Source: an uncultured Eubacteriales bacterium
GTDB taxonomy: Bacteria; Bacillota; Clostridia; Oscillospirales; Acutalibacteraceae
Direction of reading: 5' to 3'
Assembly: GCA_900321195.1 (NCBI GenBank)
Contig: ONVG01000001.1
Location: 1 to 36,423, forward strand
Length of the DNA stretch: 36,423 bases
Shown here: positions 23,931 to 31,392 of the stretch, piece by piece
Position numbering within the stretch: position 1 is the stretch's first letter
How the letters are laid out: each line of letters starts with the position of its first letter
The notes under the pieces: generated by a model
What the model was told of the DNA's origin: nothing
Database searches by the model: none
The model's input: only the letters and a program-made list of their open reading frames with translations
Program-made: the position numbers and the translations under genes

Positions 23931-25050
23931 TTTTATACTCGCCTCTTATGTAACGTATGTCACCGCCCTCGACCGGTGCCATATTGAATACTTCACGGGC
24001 TTCGTTAATGGACAGTCCGCCTCTGTCGCCGAATTCTTTTACAAAGCTTATTTTGTCAGCAATTGAAGCATATTGCAGACGATTGGAACTGAAAAACACC
24101 TGATTCCCGTAAGCCTTCTGATTGTCCGTGAATAGCATATCGGTATGTACAAGCGACAGTTCCAGCGCAAAGGGCTCAATTTTGCCCTCATAAAAAGCGT
24201 TCCATTCATCGGGGCTAAAACTGTTCTGTAATATTTTCTCGTTGACTCCGAAATAATTGAACACGTTCTGTTTGATCTGATCCATCTGCGCCGCATCAAT
24301 GGCCACAGGTTTTGACTCTATCTGCTTTACATCCTGATATTTGCTGTCAATTACCATAGCCCCGCCGTTGTTAGCCGAGCCGAGATAGAAGTTGTTGAAG
24401 TAATCTCTTTCCTTTTCAACATCCTTAGGCTTGAGCGGCTGTACAAGCTTTGCAATAAATCGTATTGTTGCGGAATTTTTTATACCTTCAATGATACCTT
24501 GATTCTGAACGTTTATAAGCTCAAGAGTTGATCTAAAAGCCTTGTTGTTCTCGCCCCAGAGTTCGTCCTTGAACTGGAACTGGTTCAGTATCCCGCATTT
24601 TTCAAGCTCAATTGCAAAATAATTGTCATTGTCAAGCCGGTATCTTATGTACACTTCCCCCTGATATTCCCTCAGCTCAATTTTTGAGGTAATAAGAGGA
24701 TAGAATCCCTCGATCTGCCCGAGCCTGTTTTCTATTGGCGCAATAACGGCATTGTTTTCCACAGCATAAGCTGTAGCCAGCCTGTACAGGTACTTTTTTG
24801 TATCCATGATACTATTCGGCTGAAACTGTAAACGCCTCTCTAATGCCCTGTTACCGGGCGCATTGCCCGCAATTTCGGGCTTGAGTTTTGAAGCGTGTAC
24901 AGCAAAGGCATGGACCGCCGCCCTTGTCAGCTCCATCTCATAGATACCGCCGCTGAAGCTGCTGAATGCAGGAGAATAAGCAGAAAACAAGCTGAAATAC
25001 TCCCCGAGTGCCTTTTCAATTTTCTTTTCCTTCCTCGAAAACAGCCCCAT
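23800..25050 (-). CDS. portal protein (start refined)
   Basis: 416 aa, directly after terL. AAGGTGG RBS ahead of the ATG at 25050. The longer ORF-track start reads through the heptamer array. Confidence 0.88.
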   Translation of the reverse strand: MGLFSRKEKKIEKALGEYFSLFSAYSPAFSSFSGGIYEMELTRAAVHAFAVHASKLKPEIAGNAPGNRALERRLQFQPNSIMDTKKYLYRLATAYAVENNAVIAPIENRLGQIEGFYPLITSKIELREYQGEVYIRYRLDNDNYFAIELEKCGILNQFQFKDELWGENNKAFRSTLELINVQNQGIIEGIKNSATIRFIAKLVQPLKPKDVEKERDYFNNFYLGSANNGGAMVIDSKYQDVKQIESKPVAIDAAQMDQIKQNVFNYFGVNEKILQNSFSPDEWNAFYEGKIEPFALELSLVHTDMLFTDNQKAYGNQVFFSSNRLQYASIADKISFVKEFGDRGGLSINEAREVFNMAPVEGGDIRYIRGEYKNADEGESEALRTGDEDNADKAGKAVQADAGTDSAGTEQEEDKQ

Positions 25051-25065
25051 CACAACCACCTTTTT

Positions 25066-25098
25066 TAATGAATAATTAATAATGAATAATGAATAATG
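25066..25098. repeat. heptamer array just 5' of the portal RBS
   Basis: Identical 33-mer to 17936-17968. Confidence 0.9.
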
Positions 25099-25147
25099 TT
25101 TGTCGGCTCCAAACCGCCACGCTTTGAACTGCTTCGCTTGCGAAGCC

Positions 25148-26812
25148 CTATTCATTAAGATAAATAAACTTGTCCTTGTTGTCCTGTAGGACTATGTAAC
25201 CGCAGATAAGAGCGACACTGCCGTCAATTCTCTGAGTCCTGTCGGTTTTCTTTACAGGCTGAATATTGCCGTTAATGTCCGTTTTGACTTCCGTGTTGAA
25301 TAAACACCATTTGTCTATCGGATTGTTGTCATATATAACATTTCCCTCAGCGAAATCCGCCGCAAGATCCTTCATGGGTCTTGACATTGTATACACACCC
25401 TGACGTACCGGTATCATGCACTTATCACCGAATTCTGCACGAAACTGCGCAAGTAAAGTGTCGTCGATATGCCACGGGTCATATCCTATGTAAAGCGTGT
25501 AGATGTCGTATTCATCCCTCAGCTCCCCGAACCATTCAAGGAAAATACGCTTGTCGCACTTGCGCCCGGGGCAGGTACGAAGATACCCTTGTTCTATCCA
25601 AAGATCATACGGCACCTTGTCACGTCCTTCACGGCTGCCCCTGCGCTGCTGCTCTTCAATGACCGCTTCCGGTATCCAGTACATGGATTTGACGTAGATG
25701 TGTGGATCATCAGGACGCATGAACATAACCTTGGCAGCATTAAGATCAACACTGTCTGCTGCGTCGAATCCGCCTACACCATAGCCAAAATCTTGGATAT
25801 CAAAGGTCTGATTGTTGTTGAATACTTCGTAAGGCATCCACCCAGATACAGAAGTCTGAGGTATGTTGAAGTCCTTTACAAGCACAGTCGGTTTGAACGT
25901 CGGATCGTCAAGAGCCTTGCTGACATAGCCCTTGAGTGCTTCAAAGGATTTTACGGTCCCTAGCCCGGGATTAGCCTTTATCCAGGCATTTTCATCCGTC
26001 CACTCTTTCGGGTCATCCAGTTCATATATAAGCGGCAGAAACCTCTCGTTTTTCTCTTCAAGTTCGCCGTAAAGAAGCTTTTTTGAGTAAGCGTACTGCG
26101 CATCAAAAATGCCCTCACGGATAAATCCATTGGTAGTTATTGTATACATAAGAGGCTGCTGCCTTGCTGACATAGACTGTTTGACGAGATCGTAAATATC
26201 ACGGTTTTTTATAGCCGCAAGCTCATCCACACACCCGAAATGAGTGTTCAGACCGTCAAGACCGTTGCTGTTGGAGCTGAGAGCCTTGATAAAGCCCATA
26301 TTACCCTCACAATAAAGATCAGCCGCTCTTTTTCTTGTGTAACGAGATAACATAGGCGACTGTCTTTTCATGTTCAGACAGGCTGTAAAAGCCTTTTTAG
26401 CCTGATCGAGTTTTGTTGCAACGTTGTATATTTCTGGTGCGCCCTCGCCGTCGCATATAAGCATATAAAGCTCAATCGCCGCTGTTTCGGTAGTCTTTCC
26501 GTTTTTACGTCCTTCGATTATAAGCACTTCCTGAAACTGCCTGAGATCATCGTCGTCCACGAACCCGAAAATGGCTTCAAGACGCGCTTTCTGGAACAGC
26601 TCCAGCGTCAGCGGCTGCCCGAGCCGTCCGTCAGGCTTGCAGCAGAAGGATTCAATGAACTCTATAGGTCTTCGGGCAAGATTGCGGTCAAAATGAAACC
26701 TGCCCGGGTTCCGGAACTCCGTAAGCAGCATTTCCGCCGCCTTTTTAAGCTTTTCACAGGCGACGATCCGCCCGTCATAAACGGCGGTAAAATATATTTC
26801 AAAATCAGTCAT
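25148..26812 (-). CDS. terL: terminase large subunit
   Basis: 554 aa, Walker A GRKNGKTT, followed by the portal gene. Confidence 0.92.
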   Translation of the reverse strand: MTDFEIYFTAVYDGRIVACEKLKKAAEMLLTEFRNPGRFHFDRNLARRPIEFIESFCCKPDGRLGQPLTLELFQKARLEAIFGFVDDDDLRQFQEVLIIEGRKNGKTTETAAIELYMLICDGEGAPEIYNVATKLDQAKKAFTACLNMKRQSPMLSRYTRKRAADLYCEGNMGFIKALSSNSNGLDGLNTHFGCVDELAAIKNRDIYDLVKQSMSARQQPLMYTITTNGFIREGIFDAQYAYSKKLLYGELEEKNERFLPLIYELDDPKEWTDENAWIKANPGLGTVKSFEALKGYVSKALDDPTFKPTVLVKDFNIPQTSVSGWMPYEVFNNNQTFDIQDFGYGVGGFDAADSVDLNAAKVMFMRPDDPHIYVKSMYWIPEAVIEEQQRRGSREGRDKVPYDLWIEQGYLRTCPGRKCDKRIFLEWFGELRDEYDIYTLYIGYDPWHIDDTLLAQFRAEFGDKCMIPVRQGVYTMSRPMKDLAADFAEGNVIYDNNPIDKWCLFNTEVKTDINGNIQPVKKTDRTQRIDGSVALICGYIVLQDNKDKFIYLNE

Positions 26813-27074
26813 TTGTCGCTACCCCGTCATTAATACCCCTGTTCCAGTAGGAGCGAGCCATTACAGAAGCTGCCCGGGCACTTTCCCCGAAAGCGGATAC
26901 CATCCTGTGACAGCCTTTGCAGTAAACGGTTGAAACGAACCCGGGCACACCGACATAATTTCTTCCCGGTATAGTGCCTTGTATAGCCTCACCTTCGCAG
27001 TAAAAACAATTTTTAAGCTCTTTGACTTCTTTTTCAACCTTGTCAATAACCTTTTCACTTTTCAACCGTCTCAC
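26805..27074 (-). CDS. Lar-like zinc-ribbon protein (restriction-alleviation-like)
   Basis: CFYCEGEA...VYCKGCHRM...ARSYWNRG follows the pattern CPFCGG...C..C...WNRR. Probable TTG start at 27065. Confidence 0.45.
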   Translation of the reverse strand: MRRLKSEKVIDKVEKEVKELKNCFYCEGEAIQGTIPGRNYVGVPGFVSTVYCKGCHRMVSAFGESARAASVMARSYWNRGINDGVATND

Positions 27075-27082
27075 CCCTTTTT

Positions 27083-27115
27083 TAATGAATAATTAATAAT
27101 GAATAATGAATAATG
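27083..27115. repeat. heptamer array just 5' of the RBS of 26805..27074
   Basis: Identical 33-mer to 17936-17968. Confidence 0.9.
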
Positions 27116-27127
27116 TTTATCTGCTCC

Positions 27128-27201
27128 GAGTTCCACGTTGTCATCCTGCCCTCGTTGTCATCCCGAGTCCCACGTTGTCATCCTGCCCTCGTTGTCATCC
27201 C
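27128..27201. repeat. tandem 37-nt repeat x2
   Basis: GAGTYCCACGTTGTCATCCTGCCCTCGTTGTCATCCC occurs twice. Confidence 0.85.
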
Positions 27202-27276
27202 GAGCGAAGCGAGGGATCTTTATCACGAAAGCGGCAGATCAGAAAGATTCCTCGTCGCTTTGCTCCCCGGAATGAC
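27194..27276. other. long imperfect hairpin (about 28-bp arms)
   Basis: GTCATCCCGAGCGAAGCGAGGGATCTTT pairs with AAAGATTCCTCGTCGCTTTGCTCCCCGGAATGAC. Second copy at 28751-28830. Confidence 0.75.
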
Positions 27277-27350
27277 AAACGGAAGACGCTCTTAGCTACA
27301 TTTTGTATATTATAAGTCAAAAGTACGTCCCCATAAGTTCAAGATATAGT

Positions 27351-27384
27351 AAAAAAAGAGACAGACTCAAAAGCCTGTCCCTCT
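27351..27384 (-). terminator. rho-independent terminator after 27433..27792
   Basis: Minus strand reads AGAGGGACAG...CTGTCTCT followed by TTTTTTT. Confidence 0.55.
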
Positions 27385-27432
27385 ACAAATCAGCTAAAAA
27401 ACTTTTTCGCTATAATATCTCCGTATCCTTTG

Positions 27433-27792
27433 TCAATGTACTGTTTTATAACCTTTTTCGCCCTCGCTTTTCATTCTTGCTCCGCAGTTGGGGCAATATG
27501 GTGTAGCCTCATACTCGCTATTCTCATACCATCCACACTCTGAACAATAAGGCTTTTTTACCTTTGCCCACCGCTTTTCCTGTACCGCTCCATTTTCTCC
27601 ATAGCTGACACGACCAGTGTTTATTAAAATATTTCTTTCTTTGTAAATCCACTGCCCTGTTTTAGGTTGACCGCCGGGTATTTGTTCAATCCACTCTTTC
27701 ATCAACTCACCCATATTCGGGTGTTCTTTGATATAAGGTATGCTTTGGAGAAAAGCAATCGCCGCCTTTCTGCTTATTAGATCATCACTCAT
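27433..27792 (-). CDS. hypothetical protein with C-terminal zinc ribbon
   Basis: CSECG...CPNCG. 119-aa ORF. Confidence 0.5.
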   Translation of the reverse strand: MSDDLISRKAAIAFLQSIPYIKEHPNMGELMKEWIEQIPGGQPKTGQWIYKERNILINTGRVSYGENGAVQEKRWAKVKKPYCSECGWYENSEYEATPYCPNCGARMKSEGEKGYKTVH

Positions 27793-28066
27793 TTTCTCTT
27801 TCCTCCCACTTGTTGAGCGTTAGTTCTTTCAGCAGCCTGCCACCGATAAGAGTAACGAAATCATCTTTAGAAAGCTTTCCGTGATCGTAAAGCTCCTTAA
27901 GCTGAGCGATAGCCATATCAAGCATATCATTCCATGTTCCGGCGACATAAACCTTGATTTGGGAGTATGAGCGGAGTGCCATACTGTACCTGACTCCCTG
28001 CCCGGCGAGTTCCAGCCTTGACCTGCCCAGCTCATCAGCCACTCTGTAAAATTCCTTAGTATTCAT
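27785..28066 (-). CDS. hypothetical protein
   Basis: 93-aa ORF with overlap coupling to its neighbours. Confidence 0.45.
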   Translation of the reverse strand: MNTKEFYRVADELGRSRLELAGQGVRYSMALRSYSQIKVYVAGTWNDMLDMAIAQLKELYDHGKLSKDDFVTLIGGRLLKELTLNKWEERENE

Positions 28067-28277
28067 ATCTTCTACCCGTTTCTTTTATAGACCTGCATAT
28101 CCTGTCAGGAGCGCTAACAGCAGACTTCCACCCCCGGCAGCAGTACGAATCCGCCACAAGCAGAACCTTGCCTTTATCGGGATCACTGCGCCTGACGCAG
28201 CACTTGTTATTTGATTTAGCGAAGGAGAAGCGAAACTCCACGGCATACCTGCAATTTTTACACATTTTCTTTTCCAT
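28056..28277 (-). CDS. hypothetical Cys-rich protein
   Basis: 73-aa ORF with CKNC...CC...CC. A competing ORF (28085..28429) in another frame looks like a shadow. Confidence 0.4.
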   Translation of the reverse strand: MEKKMCKNCRYAVEFRFSFAKSNNKCCVRRSDPDKGKVLLVADSYCCRGWKSAVSAPDRICRSIKETGRRYEY

Positions 28278-28283
28278 ATTTTT

Positions 28284-28583
28284 TCAGTCCTTTCTTCTGT
28301 CATCGAACCGTTCTCCGATATGAGCGCAGAGATATTCACGTTCGGTAACTTCGACCCATTCTTCACCGTCCAACTGAATTTCATATTTTTCGGGAGCTTG
28401 TACATTGAAGTAGCTGCCGCCCGCTTCAACGATCTCGATATGTTCCGATATAAACCGCTTATCGGTCACTCTTGGCAGATAATTCACCGGACTACAGAAC
28501 GCAATCCCGAGTATTAACGCAAAAAGCCCCGCAACCACTCCGACACAAGCGGCACCTGTCAGCCTTTCTTCTCTTTCATCCAA
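28284..28583 (-). CDS. hypothetical single-pass membrane protein
   Basis: TM segment GAACVGVVAGLFALILGIAF. AAAGGGGTG RBS and TTG start. Confidence 0.45.
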   Translation of the reverse strand: MDEREERLTGAACVGVVAGLFALILGIAFCSPVNYLPRVTDKRFISEHIEIVEAGGSYFNVQAPEKYEIQLDGEEWVEVTEREYLCAHIGERFDDRRKD

Positions 28584-28602
28584 ATCAACACACCCCTTTT
28601 GC

Positions 28603-28628
28603 TAATGAATAATTAATAATGAATAATG
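28603..28628. repeat. heptamer array just 5' of the RBS of 28284..28583
   Basis: TAATGAATAATTAATAATGAATAATG. Confidence 0.9.
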
Positions 28629-28640
28629 TTTAACTGCTCA

Positions 28641-28750
28641 GAGTCCCACGCTGTCATCCCGAGTTCCACGTTGTCATCCCGAGTTCCACGTTGTCATCCC
28701 GAGTTCCACGTTGTCATCCCGAGTTCCACGTTGTCATCCCGAGTTCCACG
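28641..28750. repeat. tandem 20-nt repeat, about 5.5 copies, containing a parS-like half-site
   Basis: GAGTTCCACGTTGTCATCCC repeated head to tail with no spacers. Confidence 0.9.
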
Positions 28751-28830
28751 TCCCGAGCGAAGCGAGGGATCTTTATCACGAAAGCAGCCGATCAGAAAGA
28801 TTCCTCGTCGCTTCGCTCCTCAGAATGACA
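28751..28830. other. long imperfect hairpin, second copy
   Basis: TCCCGAGCGAAGCGAGGGATCTTT pairs with AAAGATTCCTCGTCGCTTCGCTCCTCAGAATGACA. Confidence 0.75.
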
Positions 28831-28844
28831 CTTTATGCTCTGAG

Positions 28845-29936
28845 CTAAACTACTTCGTCAAGTATTTCTCTTACCGCTGTCAACGTTTCGCTGATCATCT
28901 CAGCATCGGGAACATCAGCATTTATAAGCTTATCAAGATATACCGCCAGAGAGTCAGCCACCCTGAGCTTTATCCCGACAATTTGTTCCTCATGAGAGGA
29001 CTGTTCATCATCGGAAACCGTAAAGTTTACAACCATATTGTCTGCGCCGGCAATAAGCTTTCCGTTTCCTCCTATCAGGAATGGGGAAATCGGGCCGGCA
29101 ACAGGCTTTTCCCCAATTGTTTCCCCGGAAGCATCTCCATTTTTGAATATTGCAATATTTTCTTTTATTTCCTGAACTTTTTCTTTCCCGACTTTTTCCA
29201 CTTGCTGAACGTCCTTTCCCTGTGTCTGACTCTCAGCCACCACTGATGTCTTTTTCTCGATATCCTTGTTTTCTTCTTCACCGTCTTTGCCCTCTTTTCC
29301 CGCTGTAAGTCTTGAATATTTGTTTTTTACAGCACTTTCTGTGATCCCGAATCTTTTCGCAGCATCTTTGACTGAGACCCCTGAATCAATAAGCTTTACA
29401 AGCTCTCCGCATTTTTCCTCATCCCACACAAAATATTTGCTATTTATCCGTCCGGCTTTCCTGAGTTCAGCCGCTCTTCTTTGAACTGTCGTTTCCGATA
29501 ACCCCAGCTTTTCTCCGATCTCCTTGTATGTATGTCCTTCTGCATATAAAGAGACCAGAGCATTATTCTGATCTTCTGCCCGCTTTTTACTGCTCATTTC
29601 ATCATCTCCACTGTCAGTGCTCTTTTCTTCCTGCCTTTTTCTGATGATATCCAAAAGTCTTTTTCTCTCGCTTTCGGTAAACATCATAAGTCTTACTCCC
29701 TTAGCGATACCGTCAGACATGATCCCCGACTCTACTGCCACATCCAGAGCTGTTGCGGGCGTGCAGAATTTCAGCTCCAGCAACCCGACAGCGATCTTCT
29801 CTATATCGCCGCTGCCTACTCTGCACACTGCCCTTATCAGTTCTTTCTGGTATTTGCTTAGCTTGTCTTTGGGCAGAACAACAACTTTCTCCGGATAGTC
29901 CGTTTCATTCAGTCCCGTGATCGAATTCTGTTTCAT
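28845..29936 (-). CDS. multi-HTH DNA-binding protein (possible small terminase or regulator)
   Basis: HTYKEIGEKLGLSETTVQRRAAELRKAG and VKDAAKRFGITESAVKNKYSR are HTH-like. 363 aa, upstream of terL. Confidence 0.45.
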   Translation of the reverse strand: MKQNSITGLNETDYPEKVVVLPKDKLSKYQKELIRAVCRVGSGDIEKIAVGLLELKFCTPATALDVAVESGIMSDGIAKGVRLMMFTESERKRLLDIIRKRQEEKSTDSGDDEMSSKKRAEDQNNALVSLYAEGHTYKEIGEKLGLSETTVQRRAAELRKAGRINSKYFVWDEEKCGELVKLIDSGVSVKDAAKRFGITESAVKNKYSRLTAGKEGKDGEEENKDIEKKTSVVAESQTQGKDVQQVEKVGKEKVQEIKENIAIFKNGDASGETIGEKPVAGPISPFLIGGNGKLIAGADNMVVNFTVSDDEQSSHEEQIVGIKLRVADSLAVYLDKLINADVPDAEMISETLTAVREILDEVV

Positions 29937-29951
29937 TTTCGTTCTCCTCTT

Positions 29952-30299
29952 TCATGATCTTCTTCTTTTTTTCTTAACTTCTTCTGAATGCTTTTCCCTT
30001 GCTTCAACGTCTTCTCTCGGCAGATTGATCCCCATATCTTTTAGTCTGTCATCATAGTGTGCCCATCTGGTGGGCATGCGGAAAACATCGTCGCTTTCAG
30101 CTGTAACCAGATTCAGGAACCTTTTAAGCCTTTCTTTCCCGAAACCGAATTCATCATTAAGCACAATGCAGGAAAGCTTCAGCGCACGAATAATACTTTC
30201 GTTCTGTTCTTTTTTCCGCTGTTCCGCCAGTTCTTCAAATACTTCATTGAAGAGCCGCCGTGCCTGCGGCGAAAGCGGAACCTTCCAGTTAGCTTTCAT
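29952..30299 (-). CDS. hypothetical protein (start refined)
   Basis: AAGGAG RBS 10 nt ahead of the ATG at 30299. Confidence 0.45.
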   Translation of the reverse strand: MKANWKVPLSPQARRLFNEVFEELAEQRKKEQNESIIRALKLSCIVLNDEFGFGKERLKRFLNLVTAESDDVFRMPTRWAHYDDRLKDMGINLPREDVEAREKHSEEVKKKRRRS

Positions 30300-30301
30300 T
30301 T

Positions 30302-30469
30302 TCACACTGCTCCTTTTTTATTAACTATAACAAGACAAGTATTAACATTTGTGCCGCTGTCCTTAAAGGATTTTTCCGGCAGTCCCTTTTTATCGGTGTT
30401 AAGGAATTTTTTGTCTATATTTTTCCCCTGCGTAACGACTGCGCAATCTCCGATAGTTATTACAGTCAT
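30302..30469 (-). CDS. hypothetical 55-aa protein (below the ORF-track cutoff)
   Basis: ATGA start/stop overlap with the upstream gene. Fills a 160-nt gap. Translation begins MTVITIGDCAVVTQGKNIDKKF. Confidence 0.35.
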   Translation of the reverse strand: MTVITIGDCAVVTQGKNIDKKFLNTDKKGLPEKSFKDSGTNVNTCLVIVNKKGAV

Positions 30470-30954
30470 TTCCCGTACTTCTCCGCATCTTCAAGCTCCC
30501 CGTACAGATACAACAGCTGATCCGAATACTTTATGACCGCCCCTGCCTCTTCCGGCCCATTTTCGATAAGACTGTTCTGAGCCTTTTCAAGCTGATTTAT
30601 CTGCTTTCTCAGACCGTCAATAGCTTTAAATGCAGCAGCATCACTTTTGCGCTCTATGTGATCATATGTACTCTGTTCCATTTCATCTATCCCCCATTTC
30701 TCTTTCTCCTGCTTTGCTTTCTCGATCATATAACAACTTTCGGTATCGCTGTCCCAGTTGCAATAACCGCTGCCGTCCTTGCTGCCGTCACAGAAGCTGC
30801 ACAGCACCAGAGTCTTACCGCACACCGGACATATTGCTGTCATGTCGTTAAAACCGTTAATAATAACAGGTATCATGCTGTCACAATGCGGGCAATATTC
30901 CTTGGAATCATAATCAAGTGCCGCCCCCGGCTTAAAAGTCAGTATCATTTTCAC
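30466..30954 (-). CDS. hypothetical zinc-binding protein
   Basis: CPHCDS...CPVCGK...CSFCDG...C motifs, followed by a coiled-coil C-terminus. Confidence 0.5.
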   Translation of the reverse strand: MKMILTFKPGAALDYDSKEYCPHCDSMIPVIINGFNDMTAICPVCGKTLVLCSFCDGSKDGSGYCNWDSDTESCYMIEKAKQEKEKWGIDEMEQSTYDHIERKSDAAAFKAIDGLRKQINQLEKAQNSLIENGPEEAGAVIKYSDQLLYLYGELEDAEKYGK

Positions 30955-30962
30955 TCCACCTT

Positions 30963-31055
30963 TTAAAACTTCATCTGTTCAGAACTGATAGGCACTAAAT
31001 TAAAATCAGTTCTCAGCTTTTCGAATACATCCGAGTTTATATCAAGCTTGTCCAT
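30963..31055 (-). CDS. hypothetical 30-aa protein
   Basis: AAGGAG RBS 8 nt upstream. Translation MDKLDINSDVFEKLRTDFNLVPISSEQMKF. Fills a gap. Confidence 0.3.
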   Translation of the reverse strand: MDKLDINSDVFEKLRTDFNLVPISSEQMKF

Positions 31056-31067
31056 ATTTTCAGCTCC

Positions 31068-31298
31068 TTAGTAGCACAGGCATTTCGCCACATCAAATAC
31101 AGCAGCAATACCGCTGTCGCAGTCTATGTCTATATCCTTCATGTGTCCGTTCTTGTATGTAACGCGGGCAGCCACACCTAAATAATCCTTATTTCCCTTG
31201 GGCACGGTCACAGGCACAATGCTCACTATGTTCTTGCCCGCATCCGTGAGCCTGAGAGTTTCGCCCAGGCTTTTAAGTATTGATGTCATGTTTTCCAT
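31068..31298 (-). CDS. hypothetical protein
   Basis: 76-aa ORF with an AGGAG RBS. Confidence 0.45.
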   Translation of the reverse strand: MENMTSILKSLGETLRLTDAGKNIVSIVPVTVPKGNKDYLGVAARVTYKNGHMKDIDIDCDSGIAAVFDVAKCLCY

Positions 31299-31360
31299 TC
31301 AGTTCATCTCCTGTAGTTTATTCAAAGCTCCTCACACAGCTGTACAGTGCCGGTTACTAA

Positions 31361-31392
31361 CATTATTCATTATTCACTATTCATTATTCACT
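31361..31392. repeat. heptamer array (CAYTATT, about 4.6 copies) overlapping the ParB-like stop
   Basis: CATTATT CATTATT CACTATT CATTATT CACT. Confidence 0.9.

Noticed and set aside
25051-25155. Longer portal N-terminus, and the 17858..18148 ORF containing HYSLFIINYSLKK
   Set aside because: That peptide is simply the translation of the heptamer array. Good RBS and start sites lie downstream of the arrays.
27194-27276. Assigning the long hairpin to a functional strand from G-U versus C-A asymmetry
   Set aside because: The wobble positions favour different strands at different places in the stem, so no strand call can be made by eye.
27106-27315. Plus-strand ORFs (27106..27315, 27113..27295, 28626..29246) with repetitive translations such as CHPERSEGSL
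   Set aside because: They are read-throughs of the tandem repeats and hairpin arms, lack RBSs, and run opposite to the operon.
28641-28750. Possible CRISPR array, because of regular 20-nt repeats
   Set aside because: The units are directly abutting with no spacers, are only 20 nt long, and no cas genes or leader are present. This is a tandem repeat.
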